64,000 nucleotides of DNA, from NCBI GenBank assembly GCA_947307225.1, contig CAMZIL010000001.1, positions 220,120 to 284,119 on the forward strand. The letters are read 5' to 3'. The DNA is from an uncultured Candidatus Saccharibacteria bacterium (GTDB lineage: Bacteria > Patescibacteriota > Saccharimonadia > Saccharimonadales > Saccharimonadaceae). Below, piece after piece: positions 27,891 through 37,095 of the stretch. A program made the translations under genes and the position numbers. A model generated the notes under the pieces. That model was not told the DNA's origin. It did no database searches and saw only the letters and a list, made by a program, of their open reading frames with translations. Position 1 is the stretch's first letter. Each line of letters starts with the position of its first letter.

Positions 27891-29684
27891 TTACTTTTTG
27901 GCGTTTGGATTCGTAGTAATAAGCGACTCTTCGGTTTCCGATGCAACGATTTGAATATGGACGTGATTTTGGCCGGCAAAGAAGAGGCCTTGACCGACTG
28001 GGAAGCTTGCGAGACGCTTGCGTTCCTCGCTGGTAAGCTTGAATACGTCAGAGAGAACGTCGACGGCGGACGAAGACTGCTTTAGAAGTAGCTGCATCGA
28101 GGAGTTGTTGACGATAGCGCGGCCCATCTTGGAAGACATAAAGTCCTCAACGTCCTGGGTAATTGTAGTAAGACCGAGATAGTACTTACGAGCGCGCTTA
28201 GCGAGGCTAAAGAGGAAGCTTGCAGAATCTTCATATTTCATAAGCTGCCAGGCCTCATCGACGATGAGCATGCGCTTTTTCTGGTTTGCGCGAGTAATGT
28301 TCCAAATATGGTTCAGGACGATGTACATAGCGACTGGGCGAAGTTCGTCTTCGAGGTCGCGAATGTTGAAGACGACCATCTGGTTGTTGATGTCGATGTT
28401 ACTCTGCTGAGAGAAGATACCAGCGAAAGTACCAGTGGTATATTTGCGAAGGCGCTGTGCGAGACCTGGGCCAGTGCCGCCCATGTGAAGCAAAGTATCG
28501 TAGAGGTTGATGATGGTTGGAGGTGGAGCGGTATGAGTGAGCGGATCGCTGGTAATACCGGCACGTGCGTAAGTATCAATTAAAGCCTGATCGAGGTCTG
28601 CCTCTTCATTTGGGCTAAGGACACCACCGCCAAGCATGAGGCGGAAGAGACCATGGAGCGTGACGAGGTTTGCGCGAAGTGCATCATTGGCATCTTCGGC
28701 ATCGACAACCTTTGGAAGATCGAATGGGTTGATGCGAACATCGGAGCTAAGGCTGAGGCGGATATAGGTGCCACCAACAGCATCAGCGAGTTTCTGATAC
28801 TCGTTTTCTGGGTCGATAATGAGAACTTCAGTGCCGACCATCATGGAACGGAGAGCCTCGAGCTTCACGGTGAAGGATTTACCTGCACCAGACTTTGCGA
28901 AGACGACCATGTTGGCGTTTTCCAGTGAGAAGCGGTCGAAGATAACGAGACCGTTGTTGTGCATGTTGATACCGTAAAGGATACCCTTTTCCTGAGTAAG
29001 GTCTGCGGAAGTGAATGGGAAGCTAGTGGAAATAGCGCCCGTGTTCATGTTGCGGCGAATCTGGAGATGATCAGTACACTGTGGCATGGTACTGTTCATA
29101 CCCTGCTCTTGCTGTGAGCTAGCAACCTTTGTGAAGATCATTTGCTGACCAAAGATGTTTTCAATCTTGTGCTGAACAAACTGAAGCTCGTCTAGAGAGT
29201 CGGCGTAAATAGTAATATATAGTGCGTAGCGGAAGAAGCGTTCGGCGCCAACCTGGAGCTGATCGCGGAGATCCTCGGCATCGGTAATAGCCGCTTCGAG
29301 CTCTGGATCGCGAACTTTACCCTTTTCGCTGTTGATATCCATCGTAGCTTCGAGCTGAGTAACCTTTTTCGTAAGGTTTTTCATAATGACAGCGGTATCG
29401 ACAGGATAAATATACATCGAAACATCGAGCACCTCGTCCATATTAATAATGGAGCTGAGCCAGCCGGTTAGAAGTGTGCGTGGATAGCCGTAGACATACA
29501 TCGTGCGGCCATATTTGGTACCGATGCGGAAATGGTCGGAATGAAATTCGAGACTAGATGGCGAAATGAGATCGCGAAGAGTGGTAATACCAGCTTCAAA
29601 CGCGCGCTGGATTTCGACTTCTTCTTGGAGCTGAGCTTGTGCAGCAATGTCTGCTGCGCTGAGTTGACGTTGTTTTTTACCCAT
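27891..29684 (-). CDS. virB4: VirB4/TrbE-family T4SS ATPase, C-terminal (ATPase) part
   Basis: 597 aa. Walker A VVFAKSGAGKSFTVK, Walker B MLIVDEAWQLM, the upstream IGTKYGRTMYVYGYPRTL...W segment typical of Gram-positive VirB4 (ConE/PrgJ/TcpF type), and FFAGQNHV near the end. Confidence 0.85.
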   Translation of the reverse strand: MGKKQRQLSAADIAAQAQLQEEVEIQRAFEAGITTLRDLISPSSLEFHSDHFRIGTKYGRTMYVYGYPRTLLTGWLSSIINMDEVLDVSMYIYPVDTAVIMKNLTKKVTQLEATMDINSEKGKVRDPELEAAITDAEDLRDQLQVGAERFFRYALYITIYADSLDELQFVQHKIENIFGQQMIFTKVASSQQEQGMNSTMPQCTDHLQIRRNMNTGAISTSFPFTSADLTQEKGILYGINMHNNGLVIFDRFSLENANMVVFAKSGAGKSFTVKLEALRSMMVGTEVLIIDPENEYQKLADAVGGTYIRLSLSSDVRINPFDLPKVVDAEDANDALRANLVTLHGLFRLMLGGGVLSPNEEADLDQALIDTYARAGITSDPLTHTAPPPTIINLYDTLLHMGGTGPGLAQRLRKYTTGTFAGIFSQQSNIDINNQMVVFNIRDLEDELRPVAMYIVLNHIWNITRANQKKRMLIVDEAWQLMKYEDSASFLFSLAKRARKYYLGLTTITQDVEDFMSSKMGRAIVNNSSMQLLLKQSSSAVDVLSDVFKLTSEERKRLASFPVGQGLFFAGQNHVHIQIVASETEESLITTNPNAKK

Positions 29685-29685
29685 T

Positions 29686-30528
29686 TTAGTTCTCCTCTCC
29701 TGGTTCGCCCTTCTTTACATACAGATGCGCGAGTTTATTGAAATCACCGAGTGGTTCGCGGACGGCAGTGTCTGGGTTGTTAAAGTTGTAGTAGAGCTGA
29801 CCGAGTTCCTTGGTGTTTAGACGAACGGACTGAATACCGATTTGAAAGAGACCAGAAACGACGGCTTCGGCGCGGTTGTTGATTTCTGTGACGGCCTTGT
29901 CGTAAGTTGCGCGATCGATGCGCGTTACTGGTGGAGTCTTATCCTTTGTGAAGGTCTTGAAGAAGTTCTTTGACTGTTCAAGAGCTTTTTCGGCTTCCTT
30001 TGAAGTGTAATAAGGAATCACGACGAAGAAGGACTTGTCCATAATGTTTGCTTCTTGGCTAAGGACGTCGATGAAGTTAATGTAATCATCCATAAGAACA
30101 CCGAGGAGCATGTTGTCGTTTTGGCGACGAAGGTCCATGAGGCGATCGATATAAGGAGCAATATCAACGCGCTGAGAACGAACGAGAATTTGAACGGTGA
30201 AAGTTAAGGAGTTGAGGAAGTTTTGATACGAGAATTCGACGGCCTCGCGCTCTTCCTCGGACATAAGATCAAAGTTGATAGATTTACATGCAACGACAGC
30301 GCGGAAGGAGCCATCTTTCATAATAACCATGGAGTCGCGAAGCTCGGAAATAAGGAGGCTAGCCTGCGATGAGTTTGGGTTATCGCGGCGTTGAGCTGGC
30401 TGTTGTTGTTGAGCCGTCGCAATAGTGCGGCCGTTAACGGCCTGTGGTGCTGCCGCTGCGCCTGGCTGTTGTGGCGGCATGAAGCCCGGCTGGGCTGGTT
30501 GTGGTTGTAGTGGTTGATTTGGTTGCAC
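29686..30528 (-). CDS. VirB4 N-terminal-domain protein (separate ORF) with a Gln/Pro-rich leader
   Basis: 280 aa. After about 60 aa of Q/P-rich sequence, ...MVIMKDGSFRAVVACKSINFDLMSEEEREAVEFSYQNFLNSLTFTVQILVRSQRVD...FFVVIPY follows the N-domain pattern of monoderm VirB4 proteins. Its stop TAA (29686-29688) lies 1 nt from the ATG of 27891..29684, which has its own ggagaggag SD. Confidence 0.65.
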   Translation of the reverse strand: MQPNQPLQPQPAQPGFMPPQQPGAAAAPQAVNGRTIATAQQQQPAQRRDNPNSSQASLLISELRDSMVIMKDGSFRAVVACKSINFDLMSEEEREAVEFSYQNFLNSLTFTVQILVRSQRVDIAPYIDRLMDLRRQNDNMLLGVLMDDYINFIDVLSQEANIMDKSFFVVIPYYTSKEAEKALEQSKNFFKTFTKDKTPPVTRIDRATYDKAVTEINNRAEAVVSGLFQIGIQSVRLNTKELGQLYYNFNNPDTAVREPLGDFNKLAHLYVKKGEPGEEN

Positions 30529-30537
30529 GTTGACTCC

Positions 30538-31584
30538 TTAGTGTAATGAAATATAAACTTCGTTATCGTTTCCTTTTTTCTCTTGTATGCGCCTTGCCTG
30601 TTGCGCGATTGTCTCGATCGAGAAATCGGTATTATTAGCAAGGTTTTGCATATCTGCGTCTGGTACTGGCGGGGCTTCTGGTTCTGGAATTGGTTCTGGA
30701 GCCGGAGCGCTCTGCTCTTCGACGGCTGCAACTTCCTCGACGGAAGCTGGCTTTGAGAGCGCATCATGAATTTCGTCGATATCTGGCTGAATCGTTGCGG
30801 CGCTGGCAGCAACGTTGACCTGCCCAGACATCGGGTTGATAGGAGACATTGCTTGCATCTGTGGCGGAAGCGATTCGTAGCCGGTAGTTGGTTCTGGGTT
30901 GTAAGTCGGCATAACTGGAGGCTGGAACGCAACTGGTTCCGGAACCGGCGTTTGATGAGTGATAGTTGGCGTCTCATGTGGAGCGTCGCCATAAATGCTG
31001 TTTTTATTGATAGCGTCACGCATTTGCTCGACGAGTTGAGCATGATGAGTAGCATTGTTCTGCTCTAGAGTTTGGTTGAGATTGTAGCTCTGACTCTTTT
31101 CGTAAATATCCTGCATCTCGGCAGCTTCGTTTGCGACATCATCGCGAAGGTTAGAGTTGGTTTCCTTGATGGCGTAACCTTCGGTATCGACGATGTTGGC
31201 GAGGAAGGAAAGACGATGGCTAGCCTCTTCCTGGCTGAGATCTTTGGTACGGTTTTCCTCAACAACCTTTGGTGCTGTGACGGTAATAGCAGTATCGGAC
31301 TGCCCTGGCATCCAAACGCGTTTTTGTGGTTTCAAATAGAAATCTACAACAGCGGAGAGATAAGTTTCCATCGGCTGATCTTTTTTGAGCGGCAAAGCAA
31401 GAATGCCAAGAAAGATAATGACCGGAATCGGAATAATGACTAATAGTGGAAAAATCTGGAACAAAAGAAAGGCAACAAAACCAAGACCCGCGGCAATCAT
31501 TAGATAGACGAATTGGCGGAAGCTAAAAGGACCGATAAGTTTATCGTCCGCCTCGACATCTTGAGGGACCTTATATTGAGCCAT
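30538..31584 (-). CDS. PrgI-family (VirB3-like) T4SS membrane protein with a long C-terminal extension
   Basis: 348 aa. The N-terminus MAQYKVPQDVEADDKLIGPFSFRQFVYLMIAAGLGFVAFLLF plus a second TM helix matches the PrgI-family signature. It sits immediately upstream of the virB4-like ORFs. Confidence 0.7.
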   Translation of the reverse strand: MAQYKVPQDVEADDKLIGPFSFRQFVYLMIAAGLGFVAFLLFQIFPLLVIIPIPVIIFLGILALPLKKDQPMETYLSAVVDFYLKPQKRVWMPGQSDTAITVTAPKVVEENRTKDLSQEEASHRLSFLANIVDTEGYAIKETNSNLRDDVANEAAEMQDIYEKSQSYNLNQTLEQNNATHHAQLVEQMRDAINKNSIYGDAPHETPTITHQTPVPEPVAFQPPVMPTYNPEPTTGYESLPPQMQAMSPINPMSGQVNVAASAATIQPDIDEIHDALSKPASVEEVAAVEEQSAPAPEPIPEPEAPPVPDADMQNLANNTDFSIETIAQQARRIQEKKGNDNEVYISLH

Positions 31585-31610
31585 ACTTATATTTTACCAT
31601 AAACACAATA

Positions 31611-31640
31611 CAAAAAGCGCCGGATATTACCGGCGCCTTT
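31611..31640 (-). terminator. Terminator after the VirB6-like gene
   Basis: Minus-strand RNA reads aaaggcgccgg-taatat-ccggcgcttttt. It is followed by a TGGTAAAAT -10 element 6 nt from the ATG of 30538..31584. Confidence 0.7.
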
Positions 31641-31656
31641 AAGAGGATTTTTGTTT

Positions 31657-34584
31657 TTAGGTAAGCTTGATGCCGAGCATCTTGCGTACGGACTGGTTCA
31701 TGCTTGCGCGCTGTGACGACATGTTCGCCTTCTGGAGCGACTCTCTCTGGTTTGCGAGCGTATCGAGAAGCTCACGGCTAACCATACCACCATCGGTTTG
31801 GACACCATCATGGTTGAGCTCGAGGAGCGCATCGTTGAACTGTGCGAGAGTTGCGGTCTTGACGCTTGCGAGCTGGCCAGCGGTCATATCGCGGAAGTAC
31901 TTGACGAGGTTATCGTGGACTTCTTGGCGGTGAGCGTTGAAGAAGGTGTTATCGCCATTCTTTCTATAGCCGTAGGTCATGTACTTGTTGAAGGAAGCGA
32001 GCTGTTCACCATCCATCATGCCAGAACATGCAGACGCACGGAGGTGCTTAATATCTGTGAAGATATAGTGATCATCGTCAAGGAGACCCTTCTTTGCAGC
32101 TGAGAGCATGAAGTTGTACATCGTGCGGTCAGCGCCAGCGTAGATCTTACCATCTTTAACGTTCGTAAGGATGGACTCGATATCGACCATACGGAAGACG
32201 TCGAGATCGTCCTGGTTGTTGTAGATCTTTTCGCCATTAACTTCGTTGTAGGAAAGATCGAGGTGATCGCCTGGCATGAATCTACCATTAAGGAAGGTCT
32301 TGAAGTCGATGAATGGATCGAGGACTGGAGTCTTGCCCTTTGCGATAGCGTGGTTGTATTTACCGCGGCGAATCATGTTAGCCTTAGCCCAAGCCCAGAG
32401 GATAGGGTCATCAGACTTGAGGGCGAGACAGGAGTCGTTGAGCTCCTTCTGGAAGCGGATGTGGTCTTCGCTGTCGCCAACGAGTCCAGCGGTGCCGTCG
32501 CCGAGAATCTCCATAATATCGCCGTAGTCGCCACGTTTAGCCATGACTGCGATAGCTGCGTTCATCGAGTTGTAGTCACCACTCTTGATAGATTCGGTAA
32601 GAGCGTTGCCTGGGATAGTACCAGCTGGAGAATCATCGTAAAGTTCGTAGTAGACGCCCTGGGCTTCCTTGTTGAGCTTGCGGCGAGATGCGATAGCGTC
32701 AGCAAGCGTAAAGTTGATTGCCTGGCGGCCAGTATCATAGAAGGCCTTTTCGGATGCAGTGAGTGGACCAGCAGCGAGTGCGGCGAGTTCGTCGGCATTG
32801 AGAGTCTTGCCAGCGAGACGCTTCTTCTCTGCTTCCTCGTATGCACGCTTCTTGATAGAAATCGTGTCATAATCTTCAGCATTGATGTTGAAGGCATCGA
32901 GAACGCGCTGATGGATTGCGTTGCCCTCCGCATCGACGTGCTCGCGAATAAGCTCAGCACGGCTCTTAGCATTGTTGTGGGTAACGACGCGGCGGCGAGA
33001 TTCGGCAGTGTGGCTATCAACGATAGCATTTTCGTATGCTCTGTTGATAGATCTGACCTGAGCGAGATCGCGTGCGCGGACGCGCTTGTCGGTGCCGTCA
33101 TCCTTGAAGCCTTCATCGAAGTCGCTTTCAATATTCATACGAGTAGTTGCGTAATCAAGCTTGCGGCGCTCGTTCTCATAGTGGCGAATACCACGAGAGT
33201 TGAGGGTGCCGTCACGGCGACGCCAGGTTGCCATTGCGTTGGTGAGGTTACGATCCTTGTTATTAATAGCAAGTTCGTTCGTATCAAACTCACGCTTTAC
33301 ACGCTGGCGCTCGAGGTATTGAGCGAGGCGAGTAGATGGCATCGTAGGATTATGCTTGTTGAGCTGCTTTTGCTTAGCGAGAGCCTGATGGCTGAGGGAC
33401 CAGCGACCAGCAGCTGCCTGAGCAGGCATCGTTGCGCGATGGACGAGACCGTCGATCTTGCCAAGAACAGTATTAGACATACGCATGAGTGGGATGGACA
33501 TGAAGAGTGGAAGAATCTTGACGGCGATACCGAGGACGACGCCGAGCCAGTTGGTTGCGGAAGTGATAATGACGAGACCAGCGAGCTGGGATGCGCCATA
33601 AAGAATGCTAAACATTGGGTAGAAGAACAACATCTGCGCGAGAGTGTGGTACCACTTTTGGAACCACTTCTCGGTGTTTGGAAGCATGTAGGCGATAAGT
33701 GCGACTGGGGAGATTAGGACGAGCAAGAAGATGAGCGCCTGACGAGCTGCCATGGTGATAACAGCGGAAATGACGGCGATAAGGCCAGAAAGAAGAACTG
33801 GAAGAAGGACCCAGATGACGCCACCGATACCACCATATACTACGGCGCCAGCAAAGACTGCGCCGGCTGCGGTACCGATACCGAGCATAGCTGCGACGAT
33901 ACCAGAGACGGATGCGCCACCAGCTGCATCAGAGATGGTACCGTTTTCAATAGCGATGTCTTGGATATTCTTGAAGAAGCCCTGGAAGCTGTTGCCGAGA
34001 ACGTTGCTGACATCGACGGCGAGCGTACAGATAATGTAGCTAAGGTTTACGAGGATGGCAGTAATAATAATGCGCGGGAGAACCTTCTTGATGCCGTAGT
34101 TATTAATGCCGACACCGGTGAGCTGCGAGAAGATGACAACGAGGAAGAACACTACGAATAGTGCGTTTGCGAGGTTCTTGAAGTAATCCCAGACGACGTA
34201 GATAGGAGAGCTGGTATCAGTTGGAATCGGGTTTACTTCGATAATCTGGGTAAGAAGACCGTAGGCGCCATCGATGACATTACCGAAGAGACCTGCGCCC
34301 GGACAAATGATCCAACCCAAACTACCCACCTGGTCGTAACAACTAACTTTAGAGGAGTCCTCATCGTCTCCCTCTTCGCCGGTATCGTTAGTGTTGTTAT
34401 CAGTGGGTTCTGAATTATCAGCTGGGGTCGTAGCACCTGGTTCATCTGTTACAATAGAGGTGTTTGCGTCATTATTATTACCATTACCGGAATTCGGAGT
34501 CGCAAAAACGGGGCCGGATAATGCTAATACGCCAAATACGGCCGCTATAACAGATAGGACGATGCTTTTAATACACTTGCCCAT
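31657..34584 (-). CDS. VirB6/TrbL-like polytopic T4SS membrane protein with a roughly 600-aa C-terminal soluble domain
   Basis: The track ORF runs to 34605. I prefer the ATG at 34584 (MGKCIKSIVLSVIAAVFGVLALSGPVFA, a signal peptide), which lies 9 nt downstream of TGTGCTATAAT. The exposed Cys-containing segment (CYDQVGSLGWIICPGAGLF) and at least 6 TM helices fit the topology of VirB6/ConG-like channel subunits. Confidence 0.6.
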   Translation of the reverse strand: MGKCIKSIVLSVIAAVFGVLALSGPVFATPNSGNGNNNDANTSIVTDEPGATTPADNSEPTDNNTNDTGEEGDDEDSSKVSCYDQVGSLGWIICPGAGLFGNVIDGAYGLLTQIIEVNPIPTDTSSPIYVVWDYFKNLANALFVVFFLVVIFSQLTGVGINNYGIKKVLPRIIITAILVNLSYIICTLAVDVSNVLGNSFQGFFKNIQDIAIENGTISDAAGGASVSGIVAAMLGIGTAAGAVFAGAVVYGGIGGVIWVLLPVLLSGLIAVISAVITMAARQALIFLLVLISPVALIAYMLPNTEKWFQKWYHTLAQMLFFYPMFSILYGASQLAGLVIITSATNWLGVVLGIAVKILPLFMSIPLMRMSNTVLGKIDGLVHRATMPAQAAAGRWSLSHQALAKQKQLNKHNPTMPSTRLAQYLERQRVKREFDTNELAINNKDRNLTNAMATWRRRDGTLNSRGIRHYENERRKLDYATTRMNIESDFDEGFKDDGTDKRVRARDLAQVRSINRAYENAIVDSHTAESRRRVVTHNNAKSRAELIREHVDAEGNAIHQRVLDAFNINAEDYDTISIKKRAYEEAEKKRLAGKTLNADELAALAAGPLTASEKAFYDTGRQAINFTLADAIASRRKLNKEAQGVYYELYDDSPAGTIPGNALTESIKSGDYNSMNAAIAVMAKRGDYGDIMEILGDGTAGLVGDSEDHIRFQKELNDSCLALKSDDPILWAWAKANMIRRGKYNHAIAKGKTPVLDPFIDFKTFLNGRFMPGDHLDLSYNEVNGEKIYNNQDDLDVFRMVDIESILTNVKDGKIYAGADRTMYNFMLSAAKKGLLDDDHYIFTDIKHLRASACSGMMDGEQLASFNKYMTYGYRKNGDNTFFNAHRQEVHDNLVKYFRDMTAGQLASVKTATLAQFNDALLELNHDGVQTDGGMVSRELLDTLANQRESLQKANMSSQRASMNQSVRKMLGIKLT

Positions 34585-34722
34585 AACTATTCTATTATAG
34601 CACACATAAGCATTTTCGTCAAGTATTATGTAGTGATTTTTAGGGTTTTTCGAGGGTTTTTACCATTTTTGCTTAAGTTTTTGCGCTTTTCAGGGCTTTT
34701 ATCGTATAATTAAGGTAATATT

Positions 34723-35199
34723 ATGAAGAAAAAACTTATTTTAGTGCTAGCGGTGGGATTGACGCTGGGTATTTCTCTGTTGGCTGTGCCAGGCGCTTAC
34801 GCTAATAGTAGTTCTAGCCCAAATAGTACAGAGACGACTGGAAATTCGACGGAACCGAAGAAAAAGTGTACTTCTATCCTTCCCGGCGAGCTATGTGATG
34901 ATGACAATAAGGGCGAAGGTATTACATATATTATTAGCCTCGTGATTGCGATTTTGACTGGCGCCGTAGTGGTGGCCGGTACGATCGGTATTATTATTTG
35001 TGGCGTGACCTGGATGACGGCTCGTGAGAATGAGGCACAGGTTGCGATGGCAAAGAAGAGGATGCTCGATATTATAATTGGCTTGGTGGCTTGGGTGCTT
35101 TTGGCACTGGTGGCGAATCTGTTTATTCCAAAGAGTACTGATGAAATCGAAAAAAATAAAAGGGGCGAGATTACGAAGAGCCTCGGGAGTAAAGCATGA
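34723..35199 (+). CDS. Pilin-like T4SS protein (VirB2/TrbC topology), subtype A
   Basis: 158 aa. Signal peptide, an exposed Cys-containing segment, then two hydrophobic helices separated by MTARENEAQVAMAKKRMLDIIIG. Paralogous to the N-terminal module of 42629..43864. Confidence 0.65.
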   Translation: MKKKLILVLAVGLTLGISLLAVPGAYANSSSSPNSTETTGNSTEPKKKCTSILPGELCDDDNKGEGITYIISLVIAILTGAVVVAGTIGIIICGVTWMTARENEAQVAMAKKRMLDIIIGLVAWVLLALVANLFIPKSTDEIEKNKRGEITKSLGSKA

Positions 35200-35852
35200 A
35201 AAAACTAGTAGTTGCTCTAGCGGTGGCTTTTATGTCAGTCCTAGGGCTAGTGATGTTGCCTGCGCAGAATGCGGCGGCAGCAGATTGTAGAACGCATTTC
35301 TTGGGTTTGCCGGCATGGTATGACGGTTTGACCGAAGGCAGCGACTGTCATATTAAGTCGCCTCAAGATGCCGACGGCGTAAAGACCTATGTTTGGACGA
35401 TTGTCTTGAACATCGTCTGTATGGTTCTCGGCGTAGTCGGTTATGTTGCGATCGGTTTCGTGATGTGGGGCGGTATTCAATATATGCTCGCTCAAGGTGA
35501 TCCTGGCAAGGTGGCTAGGGGTAAAAAGACGATTTTGAACGCGATCATTGGTTTGATTATTACGATGTCAGCCTCGATTTTAAGTGGCGCGATTTCCGGA
35601 ATCGTATCTGGTGCCAGCACCGGTAGCGGCAAGGCATTCTTTGGCGATCTCTTTGGCAAGGTCTTCTTCTGGAGCGGTGTCATTGCAGTCATTATGATTG
35701 TTTACGGTGGCATCCAATATATTACAAGCGTTGGCAACCCAGCAGGTATTGCTAAGGCGAAAAACACTATTCTCTACTCGCTAGTCGGTTTGATTATCGT
35801 AATTGCGGCGGCGGCGATTGTAAGCACGGTAGTAGGAGCAATACCAGAATGA
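35196..35852 (+). CDS. Pilin-like T4SS protein with two tandem pilin modules
   Basis: 218 aa. The first module ends in GGIQYMLAQGDPGKVARGKKTILNAIIGLIITMSAS and the second in GGIQYITSVGNPAGIAKAKNTILYSLVGLIIVIAAAAIV. ATGA overlaps at both ends. Confidence 0.7.
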   Translation: MKKLVVALAVAFMSVLGLVMLPAQNAAAADCRTHFLGLPAWYDGLTEGSDCHIKSPQDADGVKTYVWTIVLNIVCMVLGVVGYVAIGFVMWGGIQYMLAQGDPGKVARGKKTILNAIIGLIITMSASILSGAISGIVSGASTGSGKAFFGDLFGKVFFWSGVIAVIMIVYGGIQYITSVGNPAGIAKAKNTILYSLVGLIIVIAAAAIVSTVVGAIPE

Positions 35853-36235
35853 AAAAACTAATAGCATTAATATTCGCAGCAATTATTTCGTTTGGTGCGC
35901 TATGCGTAGTCCCAACCTACGCCTCGGCAGCCAACAACGACGCATGTAATAAATATAAGAATAAGAGCGACCCAAACTACAAGATTGTTTGTGGCAGCGG
36001 CAGTGAGGAAAAGGCTGAGAACACCGTGAAGAGCGTTCTACAGACAGTCTTCCTCTGGACTGGTATCATCGCTGTAATTGTTATTGTGATTGGCGGCATT
36101 TTCTATACGATTTCCCAGGGCGATCCTGGCAAGATTAAGAAGGCGAAGGATACGATTTTGTATGCAATCATTGGTTTGATTGTGTCGTTGCTTTCTTTCG
36201 CGATCGTTACATTTGTTTTGGACAAAATACAATAA
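35849..36235 (+). CDS. Pilin-like T4SS protein, subtype B
   Basis: 128 aa. Signal peptide, then the shared core GGIFYTISQGDPGKIKKAKDTILYAIIGLIVSLLSFAIVTFVL. Confidence 0.7.
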   Translation: MKKLIALIFAAIISFGALCVVPTYASAANNDACNKYKNKSDPNYKIVCGSGSEEKAENTVKSVLQTVFLWTGIIAVIVIVIGGIFYTISQGDPGKIKKAKDTILYAIIGLIVSLLSFAIVTFVLDKIQ

Positions 36236-36247
36236 TAAGGAGGTGTT

Positions 36248-36529
36248 ATGAGCCTAAAGCTTTTGGCGGAAGGTATTCGACAACAGGTAAATAATGTCGG
36301 TGGCCAGGATTTGGAGACCGATGTTAGCAAAGGTATCAAGGCGGCAATTTTCTGCGCCGGTATCGTGGCGGTGTTCGTGATTATCCTCGGCGGCGTCAAT
36401 TACATGATGTCTCAGGGCGATTCGGGCAAAATTGCAAAAGCAAAGAACACTATTATATATGGTTTGATTGGCTTGATTGTGACGATTTTAGCCTTCGCAA
36501 TCGTAAGCTTTGTCCTAAGTAGATTTTAA
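36248..36529 (+). CDS. Pilin-like T4SS protein, subtype B (short, no classical signal peptide)
   Basis: 93 aa with the core GGVNYMMSQGDSGKIAKAKNTIIYGLIGLIVTILAFAIVSFVL. An aaggagg SD lies upstream. Confidence 0.65.
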   Translation: MSLKLLAEGIRQQVNNVGGQDLETDVSKGIKAAIFCAGIVAVFVIILGGVNYMMSQGDSGKIAKAKNTIIYGLIGLIVTILAFAIVSFVLSRF

Positions 36530-36580
36530 TTACGAATATGGTATTATATAAATAAGGAACTTTTCTAAAAAGGAGAAAGA

Positions 36581-37087
36581 ATGAAAAAACTAGGTAAAAT
36601 CTTAAAAGGTGGAGCGATTGCGATCTTCGTAGCGCTTCTCGTCACCGTTCCGGTATTTGCAGATGCAAAGTCGAACTGTGAGAAGAAGCTTAACGTTAAG
36701 CTCACGAACGGTACCAAGCCAAGTGGCAACGGTACTTGGATTAAGTGTGGCGGCACGATGAAGATCGGCAACACTACTTACTCTATCTATGGTCACGACC
36801 AAGCAGCTTGTGCAAACGCTGGTCAGGCTGCAAGCAACCCAGAGCAGTGTGAAGGCGATGATCTTAACAGTGTTATCCAGATCATCATCAACACCATTAT
36901 CTTTGCTATCGGTATGGTTTCCGTTATCATGATTATCCTTGGTGGTATTAGCTATGCAACTTCCCAGGGTGATCCTGCTAAGGTCAAGAAAGGCAAAGAC
37001 ACCATCCTTTACGGTATTATCGGTTTGGTCGTTGCGCTTCTCGCATTTGCAATTGTCAGCTTCGTATTAAACGCACTAAGTAGCTAG
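36581..37087 (+). CDS. Pilin-like T4SS protein, subtype B
   Basis: 168 aa. Signal peptide, an exposed Cys-rich segment, and the core GGISYATSQGDPAKVKKGKDTILYGIIGLVVALLAFAIVSFVLNAL. An aaaggag SD lies upstream. Confidence 0.7.
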   Translation: MKKLGKILKGGAIAIFVALLVTVPVFADAKSNCEKKLNVKLTNGTKPSGNGTWIKCGGTMKIGNTTYSIYGHDQAACANAGQAASNPEQCEGDDLNSVIQIIINTIIFAIGMVSVIMIILGGISYATSQGDPAKVKKGKDTILYGIIGLVVALLAFAIVSFVLNALSS

Positions 37088-37095
37088 GAGTAAAA

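Noticed and set aside
30318-31055. 245-aa minus-strand ORF spanning the junction of 29686..30528 and 30538..31584
   Set aside because: It is out of frame with two better-supported genes and gives a Gln/Arg/Leu-rich product generated by their low-complexity regions.
32263-33717. 484-aa plus-strand ORF antisense to the VirB6-like gene
   Set aside because: It lies entirely within the 975-aa minus-strand gene, which has a signal peptide, TM helices and operon context. The antisense product is Val/Asp/Glu-rich with no motifs or SD, which is typical of the complementary frame of a long gene.
34606-34722. Triple agggYtttt repeat in the divergent T4SS/pilin promoter region as a regulator-binding array
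   Set aside because: The three copies have irregular spacing and only a 6-7 nt core in an AT-rich spacer. This could be chance, so it is noted but not reported as a feature.
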